The notes beneath the pieces were generated by a model. That model was given only the letters and a program-made list of their open reading frames with translations. It ran no database searches and was not told the origin of the DNA. Positions 26,954 to 35,427 of a stretch of DNA of 64,000 nt are shown piece by piece. The stretch is taken from positions 1-64,000 of the IMG/VR virus record IMGVR_UViG_3300046513_000221. One strand, written 5' to 3'. Both the position numbers and the translations under genes were made by a program. The stretch's first letter is position 1. Each line of letters starts with the position of its first letter.

Positions 26954-27442
26954 CTACTTCGCCGCCACCATACCCTCATAGCGAGCGAATTCCTTCTCCT
27001 CCAAACTGCCGGTTTCGATGACCGTCAGGCCCATCAGTTCCGCCAGCTCCTTCGACTTCTTCTCTGCCTCGCTCATCGTGAGGCAGGAGATCTCGACAAC
27101 CTTACGGTCGGTCTCGATCTGGATTACGCCAGCCGAGCCGTGATCTGGATGATCATAGACGCGGATAACGGTCTTCTCCGTACGGGTATTGGCGCTCGGT
27201 TGACGACTCGCCTCAGTCAGAGCCTTCTTCATGGTTGTCACCATGCCCCAGACATCGGCACGAGCTTTGTTGAAACGGTTGCGGCTTTCAGTGATCAAGC
27301 CCGGAGAGGTCTCCGCTTTGGGATTCTCCAGACCACCCAATTCCTTAGCCGCGCGTTCAAAGGCGGTAAGGATGTTGCGCTGATTGTCGCTCAATATGAC
27401 GCGACGTGGACCTTTTTCACCTACACGTTTTTCTTGGTGCAT
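26954..27442 (-). CDS. hypothetical protein, 162 aa
   Basis: GGAGA RBS. Confidence 0.65.
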   Translation of the reverse strand: MHQEKRVGEKGPRRVILSDNQRNILTAFERAAKELGGLENPKAETSPGLITESRNRFNKARADVWGMVTTMKKALTEASRQPSANTRTEKTVIRVYDHPDHGSAGVIQIETDRKVVEISCLTMSEAEKKSKELAELMGLTVIETGSLEEKEFARYEGMVAAK

Positions 27443-27532
27443 TGTATTTCTCCGCTACTTTTACAGCACTACTTTATTATTAAACCTCGAATTTTCTAGT
27501 CGAGGGTGACTCTTGCAGAACGCTTCTTTGTA

Positions 27533-27877
27533 TTAACGGTTACGCTTCTTGGACTTCTTGACGATCTTCGCCGTCGTCTTGCGCTCATCCTTCGAGCGTT
27601 TCTTCTTGTTGTTGCCGTAGCGGATACGGCGCTGGGCCTCGGTCTCGTACGACTCGTCCTGAGTCGCGTCTTCGCCCATGTAATCTTCGTGCTCCGGGTT
27701 GCGGTGATTCAGCATTGCTTTAAGCCTTTCTTCGTCGATAGACGATTCAAAATTGGTGATCAGGATTTGCTCACCTCGTTGGTAGGCTTCCATCGCGAGA
27801 CGCATCTGGAAGTCGGTGCGGATGACGCTGGGGCATCGTCCACTCCAGTGCATATCAGAAATCGTTGCGACGTTCAT
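27533..27877 (-). CDS. hypothetical protein with basic C-terminal tail, 114 aa
   Basis: Ends KIVKKSKKRNR. Confidence 0.65.
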   Translation of the reverse strand: MNVATISDMHWSGRCPSVIRTDFQMRLAMEAYQRGEQILITNFESSIDEERLKAMLNHRNPEHEDYMGEDATQDESYETEAQRRIRYGNNKKKRSKDERKTTAKIVKKSKKRNR

Positions 27878-28338
27878 CGGCGATTCCTTTGCTTCGAGGC
27901 TTTCGCCATTTTCTTCTTGATCGAACGATCAACATGCCACTTCTTGTTGTTACCGGATCGACGCTGCTCGGTGAGAGCACCCTTGAAGGCCTCGTGTACC
28001 GGTGGCAGCTGACCTTCCGCTCCGACGTAGTTGAAGCTCTCGATCTTGAGGGCGTCCATCATAGCCTCGGTGATACGAGGTCCGACACCACCGAAGCCGA
28101 TGATGTTCGCCTCTCGTTCGTTCAGTTCCTCTCGGGACTTGGCGACGAAGCTACCGAGGCTGTCGATGACGATGATGCTACCGGTCTCGATCGCCTTCTC
28201 CATCTCCGCCTTCAGCTTCTCAACATCGAGATTCGGCATCGGGTGGTTCTGGTTGTGGCGCTCGATGGCCTCAATGGTCTGCTGCATCCGTATCCCGGAA
28301 CCGTCAGTGTCGTAGTCGAGGGTGATGACTTCAGACAT
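27874..28338 (-). CDS. hypothetical protein with basic C-terminal tail, 154 aa
   Basis: Ends KKKMAKASKQRNRR. Confidence 0.65.
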   Translation of the reverse strand: MSEVITLDYDTDGSGIRMQQTIEAIERHNQNHPMPNLDVEKLKAEMEKAIETGSIIVIDSLGSFVAKSREELNEREANIIGFGGVGPRITEAMMDALKIESFNYVGAEGQLPPVHEAFKGALTEQRRSGNNKKWHVDRSIKKKMAKASKQRNRR

Positions 28339-28780
28339 TCACCACCTCTTCATCGATTGCCCTCATGCGCTTCAGCGATTCCTCGCTGAACACGCCCTTC
28401 CCAGCGAACCTTCCGCCAGTCATCTTCAGCCAAGCTTCCTCTTCCGTCGCCACAACTGCGGTGGCACGGATCTCGGTCATTCGCTTCGAAGGCACGGTGC
28501 TGTCGAAGGCATCCGTACGGCTCTTCAGGTAGACGCCGCGTTTCACGTCGATGATGTGATCGCAGACGAAAGACAGCTTGACAGGAAGATCATCGATCCT
28601 GGTATCCTCGATCAACCACACCTGACCTCCGTGGTGACGACTGAGCATGAAGATCAGGTCGGTACGCCTCTGAAACTTCGCTGCAGGAGCTTGCTCAGGG
28701 GTCTTCACAAAGTAGCGACGGAATGCCAAGGCCGCTACGACAAATACCAGCAGGACTAATATCGGGGTTACGAAATCCAT
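28331..28780 (-). CDS. membrane-anchored hypothetical protein, 149 aa
   Basis: Start moved to MDFVTPILVLLVFVV (N-terminal TM). Confidence 0.65.
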   Translation of the reverse strand: MDFVTPILVLLVFVVAALAFRRYFVKTPEQAPAAKFQRRTDLIFMLSRHHGGQVWLIEDTRIDDLPVKLSFVCDHIIDVKRGVYLKSRTDAFDSTVPSKRMTEIRATAVVATEEEAWLKMTGGRFAGKGVFSEESLKRMRAIDEEVVNV

Positions 28781-28805
28781 TGTAAGTCTCTTTCTTCTAG
28801 TTCTA

Positions 28806-29129
28806 TTAACCGTTTGCCATGCCACTATCGCCGACGTAGCCGATAGTGATGCCGCCGTAACGATGACCCTTCCAGACGTCAATGCACATCGCCAGATTGA
28901 AGATCTCGGCTTCCTCGCCGTACAGGTTATCGGGGTGAACGATGACCTTCTTCCAACCGCGCTTGCTTGCTTCCAGAGCCGCCAGCTTGATCAGATCCTC
29001 TTCCTCCATACGCCACTCGACGATGTGGAAGGGGTGCATCACCACAACGACTGCGCGCTTGCCGTAGCCGCGTACGAGGTGTTGGAACCGGTGCTGGTAC
29101 ATCTTTTGTTTCTTCTCGATGGTTATCAT
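28806..29129 (-). CDS. hypothetical protein (paralog of 23320..23706), 107 aa
   Basis: ASKRGWKKVI..D..YGE.A..FN.AM motif; GGGAGTA RBS. Confidence 0.7.
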   Translation of the reverse strand: MITIEKKQKMYQHRFQHLVRGYGKRAVVVVMHPFHIVEWRMEEEDLIKLAALEASKRGWKKVIVHPDNLYGEEAEIFNLAMCIDVWKGHRYGGITIGYVGDSGMANG

Positions 29130-29144
29130 CGTTACTCCCAATGG

Positions 29145-29498
29145 TTAGAAATTGTTTGCCACCCAGCTGTCGCGCTCCCGGTCGGAGGCGAATGCCTTTG
29201 GATGACGTACTGCGAACAGCTCGAACTCCGGTCCCACATCGTCCCTCAGAACGTAGTGGGTGCCGTTGGCGCTCTCGTAGATTACACGGTTCGCCATGTC
29301 GATCCCGGCTGTGTCGTGCCGGAAGTCGTCGATACGGATCTCGTCATCATCCATTTTGCGCAGAGCCTGATGGGTGAGCTGGAGACGCGTCAGGATGATT
29401 GCCTTGAACGTGACCGGGGGTCTGTACTTCTGCTGTGGACCAAGGTCTTGCCGCAGACTGCCGATGTGTACCGGCTTGTTTTCTTCGATAGTTTTCAT
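29145..29498 (-). CDS. hypothetical protein, 117 aa
   Basis: Start moved to MKTIEENK. Confidence 0.55.
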   Translation of the reverse strand: MKTIEENKPVHIGSLRQDLGPQQKYRPPVTFKAIILTRLQLTHQALRKMDDDEIRIDDFRHDTAGIDMANRVIYESANGTHYVLRDDVGPEFELFAVRHPKAFASDRERDSWVANNF

Positions 29499-29571
29499 TA
29501 TTATATTGATTGAAGAGGACCGCCATTCCGTAGGGACAGCGGTCGAAGGCCTTGACGACCTTCGCGCTTCC

Positions 29572-30645
29572 TTACATGAACAGGGTGGAGACCTCGACAC
29601 GATTGTCGAAGGCCGTGATGTTGTAGTGATCGAAGTCCGAACGCGACACCTTGTTGGCGGCTGCGAACTGGCTCTCGACCTTGAGGATGTCTTCGTCGGC
29701 CAGCAGATTGACGTGCTCAAACACGTCGAACAGCGCGACACGGGCCTTCATGGTCTCGATGTCGGCGTCCAGCACATCGAAATCCTTGAGGATGTCGTAG
29801 TCGTTGAACTTGCTGTGGGTCTGCTTGATCTTGTTGATCAGGTCGATGGCCTTCTTCGACTTGTACTTGGCGATCATCGGGACGTCGTCGGTGCCCACCA
29901 GATTGCCGTACAGTTGGATGAACGAATCGCTCGTCTTCAGCTCGTCGCCGTGCTTCACCGCGTACTTGTGCTTCTCGTACAGGTAGTTGAAGTAGCCGTT
30001 CGTCGTGACCATCTTGGAGTTCTCACCTGCCGGGTGCAGGTTGAAGAAGCCCTTGAAGCACTGCGAGTACTGCTGGATCAGTGGATCATTGCTGATGAAG
30101 ACGTTGTACTTCGACTGCGTCAGCACGTTCGGATCCTGACGCTGAGAGAGCGCTGGGATCACAGAAAGATCCACATCATCGGTGTTGACGACGAACAGAT
30201 CCGGGATGCAGTTGGCGAAGCGCGCCATTTTCTCGCCGATGAAGCCGAGGTAGGCCGGTTTGACGGTCTTCTCGATGATCGTCTTGCTCCAGTCCGGCGC
30301 GATGGCGGTCTTGTACTTGTCCGGGGTCTTACCGCTGTCGAACATGAGGACGACCTGCAGGTTGCAATTGCGCTTCTCGACGAAGTAGCGCTTGTAGTGG
30401 ACGATGAAGTTCAGCGTCTCAGCAATGACCTTGTTGGAGTCGGTCACGAACTCGGAGGTCACCATGTCAGCGTAGTACTTGATGCGCATGATGTCCATGA
30501 TGTATTTCATGTCGATGAACAGCGTGACAGAGGTCTCGATCACGCGCTCAGCGAACAGCTCATCCAGAACGGAGTACTTGACCTTCTTGCGATTGAAGGC
30601 GAAGCCGAAGCTGCTGTTCTCGTCTTGATTGCCGTGGTAACTCAT
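29572..30645 (-). CDS. 5'-3' exonuclease / T4 RNase H (FEN/PIN-fold) family protein, divergent, 357 aa
   Basis: LFID, MFDS, YK...PDW.K, DDVD, ISND and GTDDVP lie in the order of FEN-family motifs. Confidence 0.55.
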   Translation of the reverse strand: MSYHGNQDENSSFGFAFNRKKVKYSVLDELFAERVIETSVTLFIDMKYIMDIMRIKYYADMVTSEFVTDSNKVIAETLNFIVHYKRYFVEKRNCNLQVVLMFDSGKTPDKYKTAIAPDWSKTIIEKTVKPAYLGFIGEKMARFANCIPDLFVVNTDDVDLSVIPALSQRQDPNVLTQSKYNVFISNDPLIQQYSQCFKGFFNLHPAGENSKMVTTNGYFNYLYEKHKYAVKHGDELKTSDSFIQLYGNLVGTDDVPMIAKYKSKKAIDLINKIKQTHSKFNDYDILKDFDVLDADIETMKARVALFDVFEHVNLLADEDILKVESQFAAANKVSRSDFDHYNITAFDNRVEVSTLFM

Positions 30646-30671
30646 AATATTTCCTTTGGATTGAAGTCTTT

Positions 30672-30917
30672 TTATTTTGCTTTGATCGCCACTGCTTGGC
30701 AGTCCACATCGTCCGGGTCGGCGAAGTTGCGGATCTCCTCGCGGTAGATCTCGCCCTTGCGCTCGGTACTGTCAGCCCAGTCAGTGTGGATGGTCAGGGC
30801 ATCCGGCCCGTAGGAGATGAGAAAGTCGCCGTCTGCCAGCTCGCCGTTCTCGTCGGCACATTGCACCTTGATCTTCTGTCCCGGTTTGAGCAGGACGATC
30901 ATTTCGTTAGAGCTCAT
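30672..30917 (-). CDS. hypothetical protein, 81 aa
   Basis: First gene after the 30953 promoter motif. Confidence 0.65.
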   Translation of the reverse strand: MSSNEMIVLLKPGQKIKVQCADENGELADGDFLISYGPDALTIHTDWADSTERKGEIYREEIRNFADPDDVDCQAVAIKAK

Positions 30918-30952
30918 TAGTTTCCCTTTAGATTCTAGTCACAGTCAAACCT

Positions 30953-30961
30953 ATAATATAT
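30953..30961 (-). promoter_or_regulatory. putative early promoter ATATATTAT
   Basis: Motif copy. Confidence 0.6.
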
Positions 30962-31090
30962 CTCACACAAGAGTTTAGTTCCGATTCTCGCGTTATCGTC
31001 TTTTTGACTGTAGTGAATAAAAAAGACGGGGTAACTGAGGGTCTCTACCGGGAAACTAGTCCGCAGTATGACCCTCAGCTATCCGTCCAT

Positions 31091-31675
31091 TTAGATGCTC
31101 ACCTTGATGGCGTTGTAGAGCGAAAGGTACGGTTCGACGAGACTTTTGGCACGCACCGAGTCATCGTTGACATCGCAGGGGTGTACGCTGACCTCGTCGA
31201 GCTTCTCCCTGATGACTTTCTGAGCAGCGGCCAACAGGCCAGTGGCCTTGTGTACTGCATCCCGCTGTTCCCAGCCGTTCAGCCAGATGTTTTGAACTGG
31301 CATGAGACCCAGTGATCTCTCAACCCTTTTGTATGCTTCCTGACAGATGGCATCCACACAGGGATGCTTTATCAGGAGTTCATCCGACCAGTCCCGCTTG
31401 CCGGAGAAGTATAGGCAGAGCTGCTGAACCCGTTCCTTGTATGCGATCATGAAGGGGATCGAGAACCAAGCAATCTCCTCCGACGCGAGGGTGACGATCA
31501 TCTCGAAACCCTTGTACGGATCGCTGCCCGGTTGCAGAATACACATGGCGTTCCGAGCAGAATGAATGATCTCGCGCAGGTTCTCGCGGACGCTCTCGAT
31601 GTTGAACCATTCGATGCGATTCAACGAGAATTCGATCTTGGAAGCGAAGGCTAGACATTCCTGTTTGATCTTCAT
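31091..31675 (-). CDS. hypothetical protein, 194 aa
   Basis: ATGA coupling. Confidence 0.65.
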   Translation of the reverse strand: MKIKQECLAFASKIEFSLNRIEWFNIESVRENLREIIHSARNAMCILQPGSDPYKGFEMIVTLASEEIAWFSIPFMIAYKERVQQLCLYFSGKRDWSDELLIKHPCVDAICQEAYKRVERSLGLMPVQNIWLNGWEQRDAVHKATGLLAAAQKVIREKLDEVSVHPCDVNDDSVRAKSLVEPYLSLYNAIKVSI

Positions 31676-32316
31676 CGCCGCCCCAGCTTCTTCTCAGCAG
31701 CTTGGATGGCCCCGCGAATAGTACCGTGGCTCTCGGCACGGTTGTGGTGCCACATCAGCTCCAGCTCCTTGGGGTTGTCGGCCTTGCGGATGGTCAGGCC
31801 GGTGTACGAATCCTTCGCCAGCTCTTCGATGAAATTGATGAGATCGGTGTCGTCATTGTCCTCCGGGATCGCGTGCGCCTTGATGGCACCGGCGATAGCT
31901 GCTGCAGAACGATCCGGGTTCTCGATCAAGAACTCGTCCATGCCAACGATGACTGGATTACCTTTTACATCGGCGAACAGCTTGGCCTTGTAATCATTGT
32001 CGAACAGACGACGGATCTTGAGCGCTGCCAATGCATGATCCTGCAGAGAGATCTCGATGAAGTCCGGAATGCCCTCGATCTGCGACTCCGAAGGCTGGAA
32101 CCACAGTGATTTGTACTGCGTGACCGCATGGCGCTTGGCTTTCTCAGCGGTGTGCATGATGCGGCGGCTCTGGCCGAGGTTGTAACCCAATTCGTAAGCC
32201 TCGGAGTGATCCGGGTTACCGTGAGGGGTCTTGAAGATGTCCATACCGTCTCCGGCAAGGCCGTGGCCCATACCGGATTCGTAGGCATCAACGATCATAA
32301 AAACGTTGGATGGCAT
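31672..32316 (-). CDS. hypothetical protein, 214 aa
   Basis: AAGGTA RBS; biased ORF. Confidence 0.65.
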   Translation of the reverse strand: MPSNVFMIVDAYESGMGHGLAGDGMDIFKTPHGNPDHSEAYELGYNLGQSRRIMHTAEKAKRHAVTQYKSLWFQPSESQIEGIPDFIEISLQDHALAALKIRRLFDNDYKAKLFADVKGNPVIVGMDEFLIENPDRSAAAIAGAIKAHAIPEDNDDTDLINFIEELAKDSYTGLTIRKADNPKELELMWHHNRAESHGTIRGAIQAAEKKLGRR

Positions 32317-32323
32317 GATTACC

Positions 32324-32953
32324 TTATTGAGTTTTGATCAGCTCGTACTTCTCTTCGAACTCACCTTCGGTCAGGGCGAACGAGTCGGTACCTTCTCCGA
32401 TGACCCAGTCGCCGACGCTCAGGGTGAAGTCACCGATCAGGTGAACCTGCTTGCCGTACATGGTCTCCGACAGGATGTACTGGTGAACAGACGGATCGCC
32501 CTTGTACTGGACCGCCTTGACCTCGTCGCCAGCCGGGACGGGCTTGGTGCGTGCGATGATCGGCTTGCCGAGGATGATGTTGGCGCACAGCTTGCTGTCC
32601 TCCTGACGGTTCATCAGGTCGATGACGTACCAGAGGATCTTCATGATGTCCTCGCGACTGCGGCGACCGCCATACACGGTGAAGATCTTCTGGTCACCGC
32701 GTCGGATGGTCTGGTGGCCCGTTGCAGTCCAGATCCTCGACACCGGTTTCTCGCTAGGAGCGATGAAACCCTTGTGCAGATCAACCAGCAGTTGAGCGTA
32801 CTTCACGCGGTCCTTGACGCCGAGCGTGGCGTGCATCGAGATAATCTGTTGGCCGGACTTGAGATCGCTGATTGACCAAGCATATTTACGACCGTGAGCC
32901 AACTCCGGGCAGACCCACTCCCCTGCTCCGTCCAGCTTATTGAACTGCGCCAT
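32324..32953 (-). CDS. hypothetical protein, 209 aa
   Basis: C-terminal VGDWVIG...F...EFEEKYE phage-type module. Confidence 0.65.
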   Translation of the reverse strand: MAQFNKLDGAGEWVCPELAHGRKYAWSISDLKSGQQIISMHATLGVKDRVKYAQLLVDLHKGFIAPSEKPVSRIWTATGHQTIRRGDQKIFTVYGGRRSREDIMKILWYVIDLMNRQEDSKLCANIILGKPIIARTKPVPAGDEVKAVQYKGDPSVHQYILSETMYGKQVHLIGDFTLSVGDWVIGEGTDSFALTEGEFEEKYELIKTQ

Positions 32954-33281
32954 CGCGTTTCTCCTCGATATGTTTGGGGTTTGTGTTCTCAGCGTTGCCG
33001 CTGAACCCGAACGGACACTTGCCGCCCGTGGTCACATCGGTTTGGTGCTCGATGGAGGCTTCGAATCGCTTCGAGTTCTCCTTGGGCTTCTTGCCGCCGA
33101 AGGCATCGATGATCATGGCGAACGGGAGCCACACCGGAATGGTGATGATGAGCCACTTGCACAGCATCAGGCAAACGTATAAGATTGCCGGGATGATGGT
33201 GTATAAGACCCACGGCTTCGTCAGTACTTCGAGATCGTAGATCCAGAGGTTGACGAGGATGGTGATGAGTTTGTCGAGCAT
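32937..33281 (-). CDS. membrane protein, 114 aa
   Basis: Hydrophobic N-terminal half. Confidence 0.65.
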   Translation of the reverse strand: MLDKLITILVNLWIYDLEVLTKPWVLYTIIPAILYVCLMLCKWLIITIPVWLPFAMIIDAFGGKKPKENSKRFEASIEHQTDVTTGGKCPFGFSGNAENTNPKHIEEKRDGAVQ

Positions 33282-33290
33282 GGTACTTCC

Positions 33291-34094
33291 TTATTTGATG
33301 TCTTTGAGGGAGTTCAACAGCTCCCACATGGCGTTGCGTTCGTGGGCCGGGATGCCGCTGGAGCCTCCCAAGACCGCCTGTTCGTACTTGCGCAGCAGAG
33401 CCAGCATCAGCGGTGCGGCGTTCACCAGCGCCTCGATGCGGGTGTTCTGCTCCTTGCTGTTGGCCGGGTTGGACTCGTCGCCACCGGAGTACAGGACGTT
33501 GTCGCCGTCCTCGTCCTTGACGAACATGAACTGGAACTCGCAGTCCAGCAGCGGCCACTCGAAGTCGCCGTCAAATACGCAGCGCTTCTTGTTGACGACC
33601 TTGGCCGGAGCCAGTTCGTAGTCCGATTCGATCTTCAGTTCGAACGGCAGCTTGTTGTTGTATCCGGACTCGATCTCGTCCTGTAGGGTGTTGGTCTCTT
33701 CATCGACGCGTACCCAGTGATAGACGCGACCGGCGTCGTCGTCCTCGACGTTCACGATGTACGCGAGGTAGCTGTCTTTCGGAACGACGGAATTACCGAA
33801 GGACGAGTTGTACTCGTTCACGGTGACGAAGGTACCCGGCATCATCTGGACCACCGGAGCCGGGTTCGGATCCACCCAATCGCGATCCTCGCGCTCGATC
33901 CACTCCAGACCGGCCACACCGGCATAGACCTGCTGGTCGTTACCGGCGATATCGACGGTCACGAAGCCGCTGCTTGCGGCACTGCGAGGCTTCTGGAAGG
34001 ACACGATCTTCACCTTGCCTTCGTGGTTGTGCAGCGATACCTCGTCGCCTACCTTCGCCTCGCGGCTGTGGTCGTTCTCATACACGATGCGCAT
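33291..34094 (-). CDS. hypothetical protein, 267 aa
   Basis: Biased ORF, GAGGAGA RBS. Confidence 0.7.
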   Translation of the reverse strand: MRIVYENDHSREAKVGDEVSLHNHEGKVKIVSFQKPRSAASSGFVTVDIAGNDQQVYAGVAGLEWIEREDRDWVDPNPAPVVQMMPGTFVTVNEYNSSFGNSVVPKDSYLAYIVNVEDDDAGRVYHWVRVDEETNTLQDEIESGYNNKLPFELKIESDYELAPAKVVNKKRCVFDGDFEWPLLDCEFQFMFVKDEDGDNVLYSGGDESNPANSKEQNTRIEALVNAAPLMLALLRKYEQAVLGGSSGIPAHERNAMWELLNSLKDIK

Positions 34095-34578
34095 TTGCGG
34101 TCTCCTCGTTGATTTTCTTCATTTGTGCTTCGGTCAGCGCGAGACGCGCCATAGGGATCATCCATGTCAGATCTGGAACGATCTTGTGGGAGGCGCAGTT
34201 CAGCGTCCAATAGCCGAGGTCGTTGCAGTCCAGTTCGATGCAGTAGAGATCCTCGTCTGCCGGATTGTCAACCATCTCCAGAGCGGTGATGTTCGGCAGT
34301 TCGATGGCGTAGCACCAGATGATGTAGTCCGGCTCTTCGACGATGTGGAAGCGAACCCACTGTTCCTTCACCGTATCGACGCCGGTCTCCTCGCGGAACT
34401 CACGCATCATCGCACCGACAGGACTCTCGTGAGGCTCTTTCTTGCCGCCCTGACCGTTGTACTTGTCGATCAAGTTCATCGGACCGCGATTCTTCAGCTG
34501 CAACAGCACCTGATCCAGATCACCGGCCTCGAACGGGAAACCCAACACGTATTGTTGCTTCTTGGAATTTTCAAACAT
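34078..34578 (-). CDS. Nudix hydrolase, 166 aa
   Basis: Nudix box GGKKEPHESPVGAMMREFREETGV. Confidence 0.9.
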   Translation of the reverse strand: MFENSKKQQYVLGFPFEAGDLDQVLLQLKNRGPMNLIDKYNGQGGKKEPHESPVGAMMREFREETGVDTVKEQWVRFHIVEEPDYIIWCYAIELPNITALEMVDNPADEDLYCIELDCNDLGYWTLNCASHKIVPDLTWMIPMARLALTEAQMKKINEETANAHRV

Positions 34579-34579
34579 C

Positions 34580-34945
34580 TCAGCACTCCTCTTCTTCTAT
34601 GTGACGACGAGTCTTGCGCTTGCGGCGCTCGTCGATGATTTTCATTACTTTACGGATGATATTGTCGCCGTGACACTCCTTCGGAGCGCACCAGCACATC
34701 AAGGCGATATCTTCACCTGCTTCTACCCTGTCGGCCAAGGAGTTCAATTCCTTCCTGATGGCCCAGTCCTTCTCGTACAGCTCGTCCAGTCGGACGGCAT
34801 GTTCGCGGATGCACTTGCCCCGCTCGTGTTCGAACACGAGCCTCACCGGATTCTCCAGAAGGCTCGGTCTACTGATCTTCACCACAGTCTCGTGCTTGAG
34901 AGGCTTGGTGCCTCCCACGCGAGCGCTAACGACTCGGATTCCCAT
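34580..34945 (-). CDS. DUF4326-family protein, 121 aa
   Basis: RPSLLENP and LMCWCAPKECHGD signature. Confidence 0.75.
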   Translation of the reverse strand: MGIRVVSARVGGTKPLKHETVVKISRPSLLENPVRLVFEHERGKCIREHAVRLDELYEKDWAIRKELNSLADRVEAGEDIALMCWCAPKECHGDNIIRKVMKIIDERRKRKTRRHIEEEEC

Positions 34946-35375
34946 CGACGGACTTCCAGTTCGGGGTCCACACGGATCCCGTATACTCGTCGGACTTATA
35001 ACCTGCCTTGGTCAGAAAATCTGCCACCTTACGCTCACCGACGTTGTAGTCACGGTTGCGGTCGGCATGGTTGTCAGTCACGAATGTTGCATGCGCCTCG
35101 ATGGCTTTCGTGATCTCATTCCAATCAGGATCTCTGCGGCAGCTGCGATTCCCCTCAGCAGAGATGAAGACCCAATCATCGCCGGTGTACTGACCGCAGT
35201 TAGCAAGGTTGCCAGCGAAGCGGCGGTAGCGGTCGGAGGACGAGCGCAGCGAACCTTGGCCGATGAACTTGTTGCAACGTGCTGCCTTCTTCATGTCCTT
35301 CTCGAAGTATGGCGACTGCGCGTCCGGAGGGAGTTCGCGGAGGCGGCGAACGAGAATGCTCTTATTTATAATCAT
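34926..35375 (-). CDS. conserved phage protein, possible SLOG-like nucleotide-binding fold, 149 aa
   Basis: KFIGQGSLRSSS, DWVFISAEGNR and YNVGERKVADFL motifs. The fold call is tentative. Confidence 0.45.
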   Translation of the reverse strand: MIINKSILVRRLRELPPDAQSPYFEKDMKKAARCNKFIGQGSLRSSSDRYRRFAGNLANCGQYTGDDWVFISAEGNRSCRRDPDWNEITKAIEAHATFVTDNHADRNRDYNVGERKVADFLTKAGYKSDEYTGSVWTPNWKSVDGNPSR

Positions 35376-35392
35376 AATCTCTCCAAAATGAA

Positions 35393-35421
35393 GGTCGCTA
35401 TGGCGATGAACCATAGCGACC
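35393..35421. terminator. terminator-like hairpin
   Basis: GGTCGCTATGG-cgatgaa-CCATAGCGACC after the RNAP beta stop. Confidence 0.65.
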
Positions 35422-35427
35422 CTTGGA

